DNA of 64,000 nucleotides from Thermoanaerobaculia bacterium (GCA_963664405.1 OY761158.1:1088001-1152000), one strand, 5' to 3'. Shown: positions 18,887 through 29,589, counted from the stretch's first letter. The notes: generated from the letters alone by a model not told the origin. Numbers and translations: made by a program.

Positions 18887-20854
18887 TCAGCCCGCCTTCT
18901 TCCGTCTCCGGCCCGGGCGCCGTTCGCTCAGTTTACGATCGGCGTAGGCCGCCACTTCTACCAGCTGCTCGAGCGGTCCTTCGAATCGCGGATCCTGGCT
19001 ACTGCGCAGCACGATCTCCTTGGCAAACAGCAGGGCCAAGTAGCGTAGCTTGAGCGACGGGCGATCGGCGATCTCGCGATACTCGGGATGGCCGCTGTTG
19101 ACCTGCCAGCGCTCCTCGACGATGCGCGATCGCCAGGAGGCCGAGGGCTGATCGACGAGCTCGGGCTCGGGGATGCCCTCCGAGGAGCCGGCCGCCGGAA
19201 GCTGCTCCATTACCTCGACGGCTGCGGTCCCCCTGGCGGAATGATCGCCGAGGGCGGCCACCACCTCGAGCTCGCCCTCACCGGGTCGATCACCCGCCAC
19301 GAGTCGGCAGCGGCCGGCCTCTTGCTCGTCGCTCTCGACCCGACCCACCGGGCCGGAGAGCTGCCACTGGAAGCTCACGTCTTCCGTGATCTTGTGACGC
19401 GACGCGTCGTAGGCCCGTGCCCACACCTGCCGCTCGCCGCCGCACTCCACCCGGATCGAGCCCGGTGAGATGCGAAGCTCGGCCAGCGGACCGGGAGGGA
19501 AGAGGTCAGAGGCGTCAGCCAGGGGCTCCGACGGCGCCAGCGCGTCGGAATCAGCCTCGCCTCCCGCCGCCCCTTCGCCCGCGTCGGCGGCGCTTCCCGT
19601 CAGCCCGGTGCCCACCGGCCCTGGCCCCACGCCCGCACTCCGCTCGACCGGCAGCAGGGTATAGCGGGGGCGTTGCCGGTAAAAATCCTTGAAGGCGCGC
19701 TGCAAATCCTTGACCAGGGCCTGGTCGAGCTCCTCGGCGCGTCGCCGATCGAACTCGGCCAGAGCGGCGGTCACTTCGGGCTCGATCTCTTGGATGGCTC
19801 GAGCGAAGGCCGCCGAGCCCGAGTCGAGCAGCACACCTCGCCGGCTGCCCGGCGCGACGGCCAGCGCCGGAAAGTCGACCAGGCCGGTGAGTCGCGGGTC
19901 GGTCCAGGGAGCACGATCGAGGTTCATAGGCGCGAGGTCCTCGAAGCTTTCGCACACCCGGGTACCCGCTGCATAGACGGCGACGCCTCGCGCCTCGGCT
20001 ACGGGGTCTTGCCCGACCAGGTAGAGCTCGATTTGAAGCGGCGGTTGATCGCCCATGTCCCACCTTTCGGGTAGCTGAAGGCGCTCTCCCAGAAAACGCT
20101 TGGGGCGCACGTGGACAAGCTTGAGCGAGCGGCCGCGCGAGATGCGGTCACGCACCACGAGGTCTACTTCCCGGGCCAGAAGCTGGCCGCGCAGCTCGGA
20201 GGCCAGGTACTCAGAGGCCCTGCGAGCGCCGAGGGCGGGGAGCGCCTCGCGGTGAAGCCCGGCCACCACGACTTCGGTCCAGCGCTCGTCGAACGGGAGC
20301 CGGCCGCGTAGGGGCTCGACGACGTAGTCGGGGCGGTCACGAGTGAAGATCAGCCGATAAGCCTTCTGGCCCGGTAGGCAGCTGCGCAGCTCGAGGGTCT
20401 CGCCCAGGCTCCAGAAGCCAAGCAGACCAATGCCGTACTGGCCCTGGGTCATGAGCTCGAGGCGCTCCTGGGGTGTGAGCGACCGCTTGCGGCTGTGGCC
20501 GATGTGAGTGGCGATGTATTTGAGGGCCTCGGGCCGATCGAGCTCGGGGATCACGCCCTCTCCGTCGTCCCAGATACGTAGGCACGGCGTACCCTTGAGG
20601 CGGACGCGGGTGACCTCGACCCGGGTGGCACCTGCGTCGAGGCTGTTCTGGACCAGCTCGGCCATGGCCTTGCGCGAATCGGCCTGGCTCAGCGCGAGCC
20701 AGCGGATGAGCTCGAATGGGTCGTGGACCTTGAGGCGGCCCCTCTGCAGGAGGGGGGTCGACCCGCGTGGCTTAGCCTTCGATCGGCGGCCGGTTCCTGA
20801 CCTCATGGCGGCTCGTGAGTGGGCATCGGACGAGGCGACTCTAGCAGTCGACAC
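18887..20854 (-). CDS. GHKL (Hsp90/MutL/MORC-like) ATPase with putative Ig-like insertion
   Basis: ELVQNSLDA, DDGEG and GQYGIG motifs; C-terminal VNSGHPEY. Start codon uncertain. Confidence 0.78.
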   Translation of the reverse strand: MSTARVASSDAHSRAAMRSGTGRRSKAKPRGSTPLLQRGRLKVHDPFELIRWLALSQADSRKAMAELVQNSLDAGATRVEVTRVRLKGTPCLRIWDDGEGVIPELDRPEALKYIATHIGHSRKRSLTPQERLELMTQGQYGIGLLGFWSLGETLELRSCLPGQKAYRLIFTRDRPDYVVEPLRGRLPFDERWTEVVVAGLHREALPALGARRASEYLASELRGQLLAREVDLVVRDRISRGRSLKLVHVRPKRFLGERLQLPERWDMGDQPPLQIELYLVGQDPVAEARGVAVYAAGTRVCESFEDLAPMNLDRAPWTDPRLTGLVDFPALAVAPGSRRGVLLDSGSAAFARAIQEIEPEVTAALAEFDRRRAEELDQALVKDLQRAFKDFYRQRPRYTLLPVERSAGVGPGPVGTGLTGSAADAGEGAAGGEADSDALAPSEPLADASDLFPPGPLAELRISPGSIRVECGGERQVWARAYDASRHKITEDVSFQWQLSGPVGRVESDEQEAGRCRLVAGDRPGEGELEVVAALGDHSARGTAAVEVMEQLPAAGSSEGIPEPELVDQPSASWRSRIVEERWQVNSGHPEYREIADRPSLKLRYLALLFAKEIVLRSSQDPRFEGPLEQLVEVAAYADRKLSERRPGRRRKKAG

Positions 20855-20908
20855 TCGGTCTGTAGAGCCTCTCCGTGGTCTGCCCTAGGTGCAGCGCTTC
20901 AGTTGGGC

Positions 20909-21322
20909 TCAGCGGAGGATCTCGAAGGCAACACGGCCGCCGCTCCCGAAGCGAACCACGCTGAAGTCGGCGTCGAAGCTAGCCGCTCGCCGAATCCCCA
21001 GTCTCCGCATTACGGCGAAGCTGGTTCGATCGACGAGCGAGAAGTCCTGGTCGCGGAAGGCCTCGCCGATCGCCCACGCCGATTCCAGGTCCGCCGCACC
21101 CACAGGCTCGATCACTGCGACGCCCCGACGGAGTCCGTCCCAAAACCTCTCAGCCGCATGACGATGGATACGATGGCGGAGCAGGAGCCAAGTCTCGACG
21201 AGTATGTGATCAGAAGTGACGAGATCTTCGCCGGCACCGAGAATCTCAGTCGCCCTATGATGGCTGCGATCCCCGCGATCAGCAGCCGCATACCACGCGG
21301 AGCTGTCAACGAAGACGCTCAA
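20909..21322 (-). CDS. vapC: PIN-domain toxin (VapC family)
   Basis: VFVDSS, ILVET, SLVD and FDADF acidic PIN motifs. Confidence 0.9.
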   Translation of the reverse strand: MSVFVDSSAWYAAADRGDRSHHRATEILGAGEDLVTSDHILVETWLLLRHRIHRHAAERFWDGLRRGVAVIEPVGAADLESAWAIGEAFRDQDFSLVDRTSFAVMRRLGIRRAASFDADFSVVRFGSGGRVAFEILR

Positions 21323-21567
21323 CCGCTCGAGCTCTCCGCGACCTGAGCCGCGGTGATCATTTCGTCCTTCTCGCGAGCAATGTCAGAGCCGCCGGAATCC
21401 CCGAGATCGAAAACCAGCGAAACGTCCGCGTCAGGCCCCTTACCGCCCAGATCACGGGCAACCAGCCGGCGGATGTACTCAGCCAAGGACAGGCCAAGCT
21501 CGCCGGCCCTACGCCGAGCCAGCTTCTGTTGTTCAGAATCCAGCGACACCTGCATTCGTACCATCAT
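21319..21567 (-). CDS. Ribbon-helix-helix antitoxin (VapB-like)
   Basis: RMQVSLD..SLAEYIRRLV; overlaps the PIN gene start. Confidence 0.8.
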   Translation of the reverse strand: MMVRMQVSLDSEQQKLARRRAGELGLSLAEYIRRLVARDLGGKGPDADVSLVFDLGDSGGSDIAREKDEMITAAQVAESSSG

Positions 21568-21651
21568 GATGGCAACATCATACCATCGGTCTGATGAATC
21601 AGCTCTTTCTCGAAGCGAGCTCCTGCCGGGCGTTCTGGGAGATTGCCCGGC

Positions 21652-23343
21652 CTAGGAGCCAAGACCTTCAGCCTGCAGCGCCGCCACCGCGTCCGCCCTG
21701 ATCTTGCGCTTGAAGATCTTGCCGGAAGCGATGCGAGGGAGCGGAGCGGTCGTGATGTCGAGGTAGCGAGGAATCTCGAACCTAGCCAGACGGTCGAGAA
21801 GAAAAGTGCGCAGCTCTTCCTCGCCGACGTTGGAGTTGGTGTAGACAGTGGCACCAACCTCTTCGCCCAGCCGCTCGTCGGGCACGGCATAGACCGACGC
21901 CTCCAAGACGTCGGGGTGCTCGACCAAGGCAGCCTCGACCTGCCCGCAGCCGATGTTCTCGCCGCCGCGAATTACCAGGTCCTTGATGCGGTCGACGATG
22001 AACACGAACTCCTCGTCGTCGATGTAGGCCACATCCCCAGTGCGCAACCACCCATCTTCCGCAAAAGCCTCTGCGTCGGCGTCGGGACGGTTCCAATAGC
22101 CACGGATCACGGTCGTGCCGCGTATCTGCAGCTCGCCGCGCTCCCCCACCGGAACTTCGCTGCCATGCTCGTCAACGACGCGAATCTCCAGAATCGGAGC
22201 ACAGCGCCCGGAGCTGGCGGGCCGCTCGAGGTAGTCCGGGCCGCCGATGCCGGTGCCGATGGCGTTGGTCTCGGTCATGCCCCAGCCGGTTCCGGGCATC
22301 GCATTGGCGAACGACTTCTCGATCTCTCTGACCTGCTCCGGTGCGCGCGGGGCGCCACCGCCACCGACTCCCAAGAGCGAGCTCAGATCGCGCTTGGTCA
22401 CCTTCGCGGTCTGCACCAGATCGCCGGTCATCGCCGCCGGTGCGACGAACGAAGAGATCTGCTCGCGCTCGATGAGCTCTGCGCCGAGCTCCGGGTCCCA
22501 TTTGTACATACATACGATCTTGCGCTGACTTCGGTACGAGGCCAGGTAGACGGCATGGGACCCGGTGGCGTGAAAGAGGGGGACCGCGAGGAGGGTGGCA
22601 GCTTGATGCTCGAGCTCCGGAGGTTCCTGTTCAGTGACGAGGAGACCCACCTGCAAGCCCAGCTCCCAGCCCAAGAGTGCGCTGATGACGTTGCGGTGAC
22701 AACTCACCGCCCCCTTGGGATGGCCGGTCGAGCCCGAGGTGTAGACGATCATCGCATCGTCGACCGGCCCGAAATCGACCACCGGCATCGGCTGCGGTTC
22801 CCGATCGCCGAGCAGCGCAGCCAGATCAGGAATCCCAGGAGGCAGTGCCTCCAACGGACGTACCGCAATCACTTTCACGGACAGGGCGTCGGAGCACCCA
22901 GTGAGGCGATCCAAGCGCTCCTGGTCGGCAAAGAGCACCTTTGCGCCGCTGTCGATGAGCCCGTACTCCATCTCCTCGGACTGCCACAGAGCGTTCATCG
23001 CCACCGCGATGCCGCCGATCGAGGTCACCGCCATGAAGGCGAAGATCCACTCCGGAAAGTTGCGCATCGAGATCGCGACGCGGTCCCCTTTGACGATGCC
23101 GTAGTCGTTTACCAACAACCCACCAATACTGGAGGCGATCTGATACGTCTCCTCGAAGGTGTAGCGCTCGTTGTCATAGACCAGGAAGGTCTCATGGCTA
23201 CGATTCTCCTCGAAGAACTCGCGGAAGGTGGGAGGAGCGTTCTTGAAGGTGCGACACGGACGGCCGTAGAGCTCTTGCAATTCGAGCTCGAAGGGCTCGC
23301 CAGGAGCCGTCAACTGGGCGATCGCTTCAGATCTAGTCGGCAT
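21652..23343 (-). CDS. Long-chain acyl-CoA synthetase (class I adenylate-forming enzyme)
   Basis: YTSGSTGHPKG, WGMTE, WLRTGD, RGGENI and SGKI motifs. Confidence 0.93.
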   Translation of the reverse strand: MPTRSEAIAQLTAPGEPFELELQELYGRPCRTFKNAPPTFREFFEENRSHETFLVYDNERYTFEETYQIASSIGGLLVNDYGIVKGDRVAISMRNFPEWIFAFMAVTSIGGIAVAMNALWQSEEMEYGLIDSGAKVLFADQERLDRLTGCSDALSVKVIAVRPLEALPPGIPDLAALLGDREPQPMPVVDFGPVDDAMIVYTSGSTGHPKGAVSCHRNVISALLGWELGLQVGLLVTEQEPPELEHQAATLLAVPLFHATGSHAVYLASYRSQRKIVCMYKWDPELGAELIEREQISSFVAPAAMTGDLVQTAKVTKRDLSSLLGVGGGGAPRAPEQVREIEKSFANAMPGTGWGMTETNAIGTGIGGPDYLERPASSGRCAPILEIRVVDEHGSEVPVGERGELQIRGTTVIRGYWNRPDADAEAFAEDGWLRTGDVAYIDDEEFVFIVDRIKDLVIRGGENIGCGQVEAALVEHPDVLEASVYAVPDERLGEEVGATVYTNSNVGEEELRTFLLDRLARFEIPRYLDITTAPLPRIASGKIFKRKIRADAVAALQAEGLGS

Positions 23344-23445
23344 GGCTCCTCATCTCGGTTCGGCGAAACTTACCAGATCGCTAACGAGCACCGCCACGAG
23401 TAAGATGCCGACTGCTGCGAGACTGCCGGCGAGCGTAACCCTCGA

Positions 23446-24663
23446 ATGAACACCTTCCCCCCCATCGAAGAGCAGATGGCTCTACTGCGGCGAGGCTCGG
23501 TCGACCTGGTCGACGAAGATCAGCTGCGTGCGAAACTGGTGCGTGCCGAAGAAACCGGCAAGCCACTGGTGGTGAAAACCGGTTTCGACCCCACCTCGCC
23601 GGACCTGCACCTCGGCCACACCGTTCTGCTGCGCAAGATGAGGCACTTTCAGGAGCTCGGACACCGGGTCATCTTCCTCATCGGCGACTTCACCGCCATG
23701 ATCGGTGACCCTTCGGGAAAGAAGGCGACTCGCCCTCAGCTCTCCGCCGAACAGATCGAAGCAAACTCGGAGACCTACAAGCGGCAGGCCTTTCACCTCC
23801 TCGACCCCGAGACCACCGAGGTCCTCTACAACGGCAGCTGGATGAAAGAGCTCGGCGCCGAAGGCATGATCCGCCTGGCGGGGCGCTACACCCTGGCGCG
23901 GATGCTGGAGAGAGACGACTTTCGTACCCGCCTGGAGAACAATCAGCCGATCGGCATTCACGAGCTGCTCTACCCCCTGACCCAGGGCTACGACTCGGTG
24001 GCACTCGAGGCCGATGTCGAGCTCGGCGGGCACGACCAGATCTTCAACCTGTTGGTCGGGCGTCAGCTGATGAAAGAGCACGGGCTCGAGCCGCAGGTGG
24101 TCTTGACCATTCCCCTCCTGGTGGGTACCGACGGTGTCGACAAGATGTCCAAGAGCCTCGGCAACGCCATCGCGGTCGAGGATCCACCGAAGGAGATCTA
24201 TGGCAAGACCATGTCGATCGCCGATGAGCTGATGTGGGACTGGTACGCGCATCTCTCCGAACTGCCCGAGGCCGAGATCGAGGCAAAGCAACGGGCCGTC
24301 GCCGCGGGCGATCTGCACCCGAAGCGGGTCAAGATGGATCTCGCCCGCCACCTGGTAACCGAGTTCCACGACTCGAGCAAGGCCCGCGCCGCAGAGGAAG
24401 AGTTCGAGACCGTCTTCCACTCCGGGGGCCAACCCGACGAGATCGATATTCACCAGGCGGAGGACGGCTCGGAGCTCGTAGATCTTCTGGTCGAGGCTGG
24501 CCTGACCGCAAGCAAGAACGAGGCGAGGCGCCTGGTGCAGCAGGGAGCGGTGTCGCTCGACGGCGACAGGATCGAGGACCCTTTCTTCCAGCCACCCAAG
24601 CAAGACGAGCCGCACCTGGTAAAGGTGGGCAAGAGGCGCTTCCTCAAAGTGAGGATTCAGTAG
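23446..24663 (+). CDS. tyrS: Tyrosine--tRNA ligase
   Basis: GFDPT, HLGH, KMSKS and C-terminal S4 domain (VGKRRF). Confidence 0.97.
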   Translation: MNTFPPIEEQMALLRRGSVDLVDEDQLRAKLVRAEETGKPLVVKTGFDPTSPDLHLGHTVLLRKMRHFQELGHRVIFLIGDFTAMIGDPSGKKATRPQLSAEQIEANSETYKRQAFHLLDPETTEVLYNGSWMKELGAEGMIRLAGRYTLARMLERDDFRTRLENNQPIGIHELLYPLTQGYDSVALEADVELGGHDQIFNLLVGRQLMKEHGLEPQVVLTIPLLVGTDGVDKMSKSLGNAIAVEDPPKEIYGKTMSIADELMWDWYAHLSELPEAEIEAKQRAVAAGDLHPKRVKMDLARHLVTEFHDSSKARAAEEEFETVFHSGGQPDEIDIHQAEDGSELVDLLVEAGLTASKNEARRLVQQGAVSLDGDRIEDPFFQPPKQDEPHLVKVGKRRFLKVRIQ

Positions 24664-24681
24664 CGTAAGCCTCACCTCAGC

Positions 24682-24710
24682 TTGCACCGGTGCTGAGCCG
24701 GAAGTAGGAT
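24682..24710 (+). promoter_or_regulatory. Putative sigma70 promoter for the VOC gene
   Basis: TTGCAC-17 bp-TAGGAT upstream of a GGAGGG RBS and ATG 24745. Confidence 0.5.
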
Positions 24711-24744
24711 CGGCCGACTTTCAATTCAGCTCTGGGAGGGTTCA

Positions 24745-25515
24745 ATGAACCTCGGCCGTTTTTGTCTTCTCGCCCTTGTCTGCGTCGCGTTTCTCTGTGC
24801 ACCGGTGGCCGCGGAGGCGCCCTACCACCATCTACATCTGACCGCCACCGACGCAGCCGAGGCCGCCGCCTGGTATGCCGAGCACATGGGGGGCGAGCTC
24901 GTGCGAGCCGGCCAGGGCGTCGACTACGACGGTGTGGCGGTGATCTTCTTCGTCAAGGAGGACTTCCCTGGCAGCGACGGCAGCTCGGTCGCCCACATCG
25001 GTTTTTCCTTCCAGGATCTGGCGGCGAAGATGAGCAGCTACGAGACCGCTGGGGTCAAGATCCTGAGCGAGGTCCGCGACGTGCAGGGGAAATTCAAGTT
25101 CGCCTTCGTCGAGGATCCGTGGGGTACGAAGATCGAGGTCATGGAGGATCCCAACCAGGTCGGCTTTCACCACATCCACCTCAAGAGCTCCGACCCTGAC
25201 GCGACTTTCGACTGGTACGAAGCGGCCTTCGGCGGGACTCGCGAGCGCTTCGCGGGAATGCTACCGGCGCTGCGCTACGGCAGTGTCTGGCTGCTGGTCC
25301 AGAACAGCCGCGGAGCCAAAGTGGCGGGTACCAAGGGTCGGGCCATCGACCACCTGGGTTGGAGCTTCCCCGACCTCGACGCCGCGGCCGTCGACCTCAA
25401 AGCGAAAGGTGTCAAGTTCACGATGGAGCCACGCCCCTTCCGCAACCTCAGGATCGCCTTCATCGAGGGCCCCGACGGCGTAAGCATCGAGCTCGTCCAG
25501 CCCGCTACCGAATAG
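24745..25515 (+). CDS. Secreted tandem VOC/glyoxalase-family protein
   Basis: Signal peptide; two repeats of HH.HL..H.G.S..DL..F.E.P.G..IE. Confidence 0.85.
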   Translation: MNLGRFCLLALVCVAFLCAPVAAEAPYHHLHLTATDAAEAAAWYAEHMGGELVRAGQGVDYDGVAVIFFVKEDFPGSDGSSVAHIGFSFQDLAAKMSSYETAGVKILSEVRDVQGKFKFAFVEDPWGTKIEVMEDPNQVGFHHIHLKSSDPDATFDWYEAAFGGTRERFAGMLPALRYGSVWLLVQNSRGAKVAGTKGRAIDHLGWSFPDLDAAAVDLKAKGVKFTMEPRPFRNLRIAFIEGPDGVSIELVQPATE

Positions 25516-25579
25516 TGCACGCGGCCACAAATACGGCCACGTTTGGAACGCCGCTGCATCCTCTCCAGCGGCGTTGCGC

Positions 25580-27744
25580 TCCCTGCGACGCTCGGGCAGA
25601 CCACCGTCGACCCTTTGGGGTCTGGCATCTTTTCGAGATCGAAGGTTTTCGCTCCGGTCTCCGGATTGAGCGCAATCGTGCAATTGGTGTAGAGCGCGTC
25701 GTTGGTGATGCCCTCTTCGTCGCTCGCTTCGAGCAGAGGACCGGTGTCGTAGGTGGGCGCTACGCCGTAGTAGACGAGGTTGAGCTCGGAGTCGTAGGTC
25801 CCCTGGTGCCACACCGAGCCGCCGCTACGCTTGTCGTAAGGCACTCCGTTCCAGCTGTTGCCGCCCGGCTCGCCCGGCTTGGCGATGGTGTCGAAGCGCC
25901 AGGCCTCCTTGCCGGTCTCGAGATCGAGGGCGACGAGAAAACCGCCGCGTGAGGCAAAGCTCGCCGTTACGCCCTGAATGACTTTGCCGCCCGCAATCAG
26001 TGGCGCACTCCGCAGCACATGACCACCCCGTCCTCCTTCCGGAACAACGATATCGATCGCCTGATCCCAAACCAGCTTGCCGGTCTTCGCTTCGAGCGCC
26101 ACGACATGGAGGTCGGAGGTGGGCACAAAGACCTTGTCGCCGAACAGTGCGATGCCCATCTTCTGACTCGAGCGTCCGCCCATCTCGCGCTGATAGCGCC
26201 AGAGCACATCACCGTTCTGGGCGTCGAGAGCGATCGTGGTGTCGGGATAGGCGTGCAGGAACATGATGCCTCCATGCACCAGCGGCATCGACATGCTCGA
26301 GCCCGGCCGTAGCGCGGTCCGCCACGCCGGAGCAAGCTGGGCCACGTTTTCGGTGTTGATCTCTTCGAGCGGGCTGTAGCTCAGACCATCGGAGCCGCGC
26401 CCCCAGGAAAGCCAATCGTGCGCTTGAGGATTGGCCAGCATTTCGGCGCTAACCGGAGTGAGATTGTCGAGCCTGGACGCCTGCACTCGCGACGCTTCGA
26501 CGGGCGCGTCAGGATCGAAGGTGGCGCCTTCGAGGAGCGGAATCTCGAGCTTTTCGAGCGCTTCGAGATCGGAGGATAAAGCCCCTCCGGCCGCAAACGC
26601 GTTCGCCTGCAGGAGGAATGCGATCAGGTTGGTGTGGGTCTCGTCGTCGAGAGTCACCGCCTCGTCGGGCGGCATGCGACGAATGTGGAACGACAGAACA
26701 TCCACCGTCTTGCCGCGCCAGTTCTGATCGAAGCGGTCACCCACCAGGCTCGGTGAGATGTGCGTCCCTCGCAGCTTGACGCCGTGACACTCTGCGCAGT
26801 GCTCGGTGTAGGCGACCTGACCCGCCGAGGCCTGCGACTCCGAGTAGGTGATCTCCGAGCCGGTCTCCTGAGCGTTCCCCTTCTCCGCCGGTTTCTCGAA
26901 CTGGGACCCGTCGAGATCACCGTTGAAGAGTGTTGTCGCGTCGTACTCGTAGCTCACAGTGAGGCCGGCGATCGGGATTGAAGTGACCGTTGTGTGAGGA
27001 AGGTTTATCCCCTCGACGACTTTGTAGTCTGCGAAAGCGATCTCGAGGATGTTGGGAAGCGCCATCCCCTGGAGGAGATGAGTCTCCTTGTCGAGGAAGT
27101 AATCCAAGGGGCTGCCGGTGATCTTCAACAGATCACACGCCACACCGCCGAAGTTGCCGTCGCCGGCTTCCTGGAACACGGCAGCGCCGTACTGTCGGTA
27201 GACCGAGGCAAGGATGCTCGGGGTGGCCGTGACCTTGGCGATACCTAGTGTCGTGTCCCGGAAATGCCTGCCTAATAGATCGAGGTCATTTCGTTCGCTG
27301 CCAAGGCGCGGCGAGGCAGGCATATTGGGAAATCTGTCGGCGAGGCGTAACGAAGGCAGCGAGCGAAAGGGGCCGAGCTATTGGGTAGGCATTTCTGGGA
27401 CACGACACTAGCTCGCCCGCATCCATGTCGCTGAGCCCCTCGAGTGAGCTGTCCTTCCAGCCTCTTTCGCCAATCCAGCCGGTCCGCTGCGAGAGCTCAG
27501 CCGTCGTCAGGGCGACAAAGCCTCTGTCGTTCTCGAGGTCGTAGGCCTCCTGGAACAGTCCACTCCAACGGCCTGCCGCGCTGTCGATGTCGACTCTTCC
27601 AGATCGCTGCATCGATTTCAGAGCAGCCAACATCTCCACTCCACCCACTGCAGTCATGTGCTGCTCGACCCGTTGTTGAGCCTCGGCTGATGGCAGAAAG
27701 AGACTCGCAGATAGGGCGACAGTCCCAAGAACGCTTCGAAACAT
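25580..27744 (-). pseudogene. Secreted cytochrome c / PQQ-dependent dehydrogenase fusion, disrupted
   Basis: Signal peptide from ATG 27744, CAECH heme motif and PQQ propeller repeats. Split by a MITE at 27249-27407; the C-terminus degenerates after VVCPSVAG. Confidence 0.82.
27249..27407. mobile_element. 159-bp MITE with CTAG target duplication
   Basis: 30-bp terminal IRs TGTCGTGTCCC(G/A)GAAATGCCT(G/A)CC(T/C)AATAG (27/30); CTAG at 27245-27248 and 27408-27411; removal restores the host frame (AGEL-GIAKV). Confidence 0.93.
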
Positions 27745-28005
27745 TGCGCAGACTCCTGACTCTTCGGATGATTCGAGCGCGAGTCGATGAACCCTCGCGA
27801 ACAAAACCGCGCTCAGATACGACGGTTCACTCTAACCACTATGAGTAGGCAGAACCATCACGACTAAGAAACCTACCTCCCAACTACCCTACGCTTTGCC
27901 GTCCGAATTGTTCGAAACACTCCATCGATCCCGTCCCACCGCCGCTAGGAGAAGTCGTTCGTGGAATAATGCTCTCGATCCCTGAACATCGAGAGGAGGC
28001 TCCAC

Positions 28006-28173
28006 ATGCGCCGCGCCACACTTCTTCTGATAGTCGCGCTCGTCGCCGCTCTGCCCGCGCTGGCTGCCGACCCTGGCGCCGAGGTTTTAGACGCCAGATC
28101 AGCGCTGGAGGCTCTAAAGGCACTCGAAGGCGACTGTGACCCAATCCAGATAATTTCGAGATTCAAGAGGTAA
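28006..28173 (+). pseudogene. Short signal-peptide ORF (55 aa), probable truncated gene
   Basis: GAGGAGG RBS, MRRATLLLIVALVAALPALA, then LKALEGD followed by an atypical tail; stop 2 nt before the sulfatase start. Confidence 0.55.
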
Positions 28174-28175
28174 GT

Positions 28176-29576
28176 ATGACGAAACGAAGCGTCCCCAAGC
28201 TCCTGCTGGCCTTGGTCGTGACCGCAACACCGATGTCAGCACAGTCGGCGAAGAAGCCGAACATCATCGTTCTCCTCGCCGACGATCTCGGTTATGCAGA
28301 TCTGGGAGTGCAGGGCAATACCGACATCCCGACGCCACACATCGACTCGATCGCTCAGGCGGGAGTGCGCTTCACCGACGGATACGCGAACCACCCCTAC
28401 TGCAGCCCCTCCCGCGCGGGGCTGCTGACCGGCATGTACCAGCACCGCTTCGGATTCGAGCAAAACTCGGGGCCGGAAGAGTACTCGTCGAAGGAGTTTG
28501 GGATACCGCGGGATGTTCCGATCCTTTCGGAGAGCCTGAAAGCGGCGGGCTATCGAACCGCCTGGCTGGGGAAATGGCACGTCGGCTTCGAAAAAGGGCT
28601 GCGGCCTCACGAGCGGGGTTTCGACTATACCTACGGCTTCCACGCGGGGGCGATGAACTACAACCCCTCGCCTCGCAGCGACGGAAAGATCTTCCGCAAC
28701 GGCAAGAAAGTGAAGCACGAGGGCTACCTCACCGACGTCTTCGGCGAGGAGGCGGCCGCCTTCATCAAAGGCACGCCGCGCACGACTCCCTTCTTCGTCT
28801 ACCTCGCCTTCAACGCAGTGCACCTACCGCTCGAGGCTACACCTCCCCACGAAGCCGCCTTCGAGGCGATCGCGGACAGCGACCGCCGGACCTACGCGGG
28901 AATGCTCAAAGCCATGGACGACGCCGTCGGCAGAGTGCTCCAGACCCTGCGCGAAGAGGGGATCGAAGAAGACACGCTGGTCTTCTTCTACAGTGACAAC
29001 GGCGGTCCCACCGATCGCACCACGTCGCGCAACGATCCTCTCCGCGGCGTCAAGGGTCAGACGCTCGAGGGCGGCATCCGCATCCCGTTCATGATCCAGT
29101 GGAAGGACCGACTGCCACGGGGCGAAGTGCGCCACGACATGGTGATGGGCTTCGATGTCCACGCCACTGCGCTTGCCGCCGCGGGAATCGATTTCTCGAA
29201 CCGCTCCAAGCCGCTAGACGGAGTGAATCTGCTGCCTTATATGCTGGGCGAGAGCGACGAAGCCCCGCATACAGAGCTGTTCTGGCGTGACCCTTCGAAC
29301 TATGCCGCACGGGTCGGCAAGTACAAGCTCGTCCGTTCCAGGGCCGCCGGCGCAGACCAGCAATCCTCCAGCACCTTCAGCAGCGCCGCCGATCAGCTCT
29401 ACGACCTCGACGCCGACATCGGAGAAACGAAGGATCTGGCCGCTTCGCACCCCGAGGTGCTGAAGCGCCTTCAAGCAGCCTACGCCCGCTGGAGCAGCCA
29501 GATGATGGCTCCGCGTTGGGTCCGTCAGGACCGCCGCAACGCCGAGATCGGTGGACGACTGAGGAAGAGCAACTGA
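28176..29576 (+). CDS. Arylsulfatase-family sulfatase
   Basis: PNIIVLLADDLG, CSPSR, GKWH and SDNGG. Confidence 0.95.
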   Translation: MTKRSVPKLLLALVVTATPMSAQSAKKPNIIVLLADDLGYADLGVQGNTDIPTPHIDSIAQAGVRFTDGYANHPYCSPSRAGLLTGMYQHRFGFEQNSGPEEYSSKEFGIPRDVPILSESLKAAGYRTAWLGKWHVGFEKGLRPHERGFDYTYGFHAGAMNYNPSPRSDGKIFRNGKKVKHEGYLTDVFGEEAAAFIKGTPRTTPFFVYLAFNAVHLPLEATPPHEAAFEAIADSDRRTYAGMLKAMDDAVGRVLQTLREEGIEEDTLVFFYSDNGGPTDRTTSRNDPLRGVKGQTLEGGIRIPFMIQWKDRLPRGEVRHDMVMGFDVHATALAAAGIDFSNRSKPLDGVNLLPYMLGESDEAPHTELFWRDPSNYAARVGKYKLVRSRAAGADQQSSSTFSSAADQLYDLDADIGETKDLAASHPEVLKRLQAAYARWSSQMMAPRWVRQDRRNAEIGGRLRKSN

Positions 29577-29589
29577 GAAGGAAGACAAG

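Noticed and set aside
25275-25579. C-terminal extension of the PQQ ORF overlapping the VOC gene
   Set aside because: Non-homologous read-through after truncation, mostly antisense to a well-supported gene.
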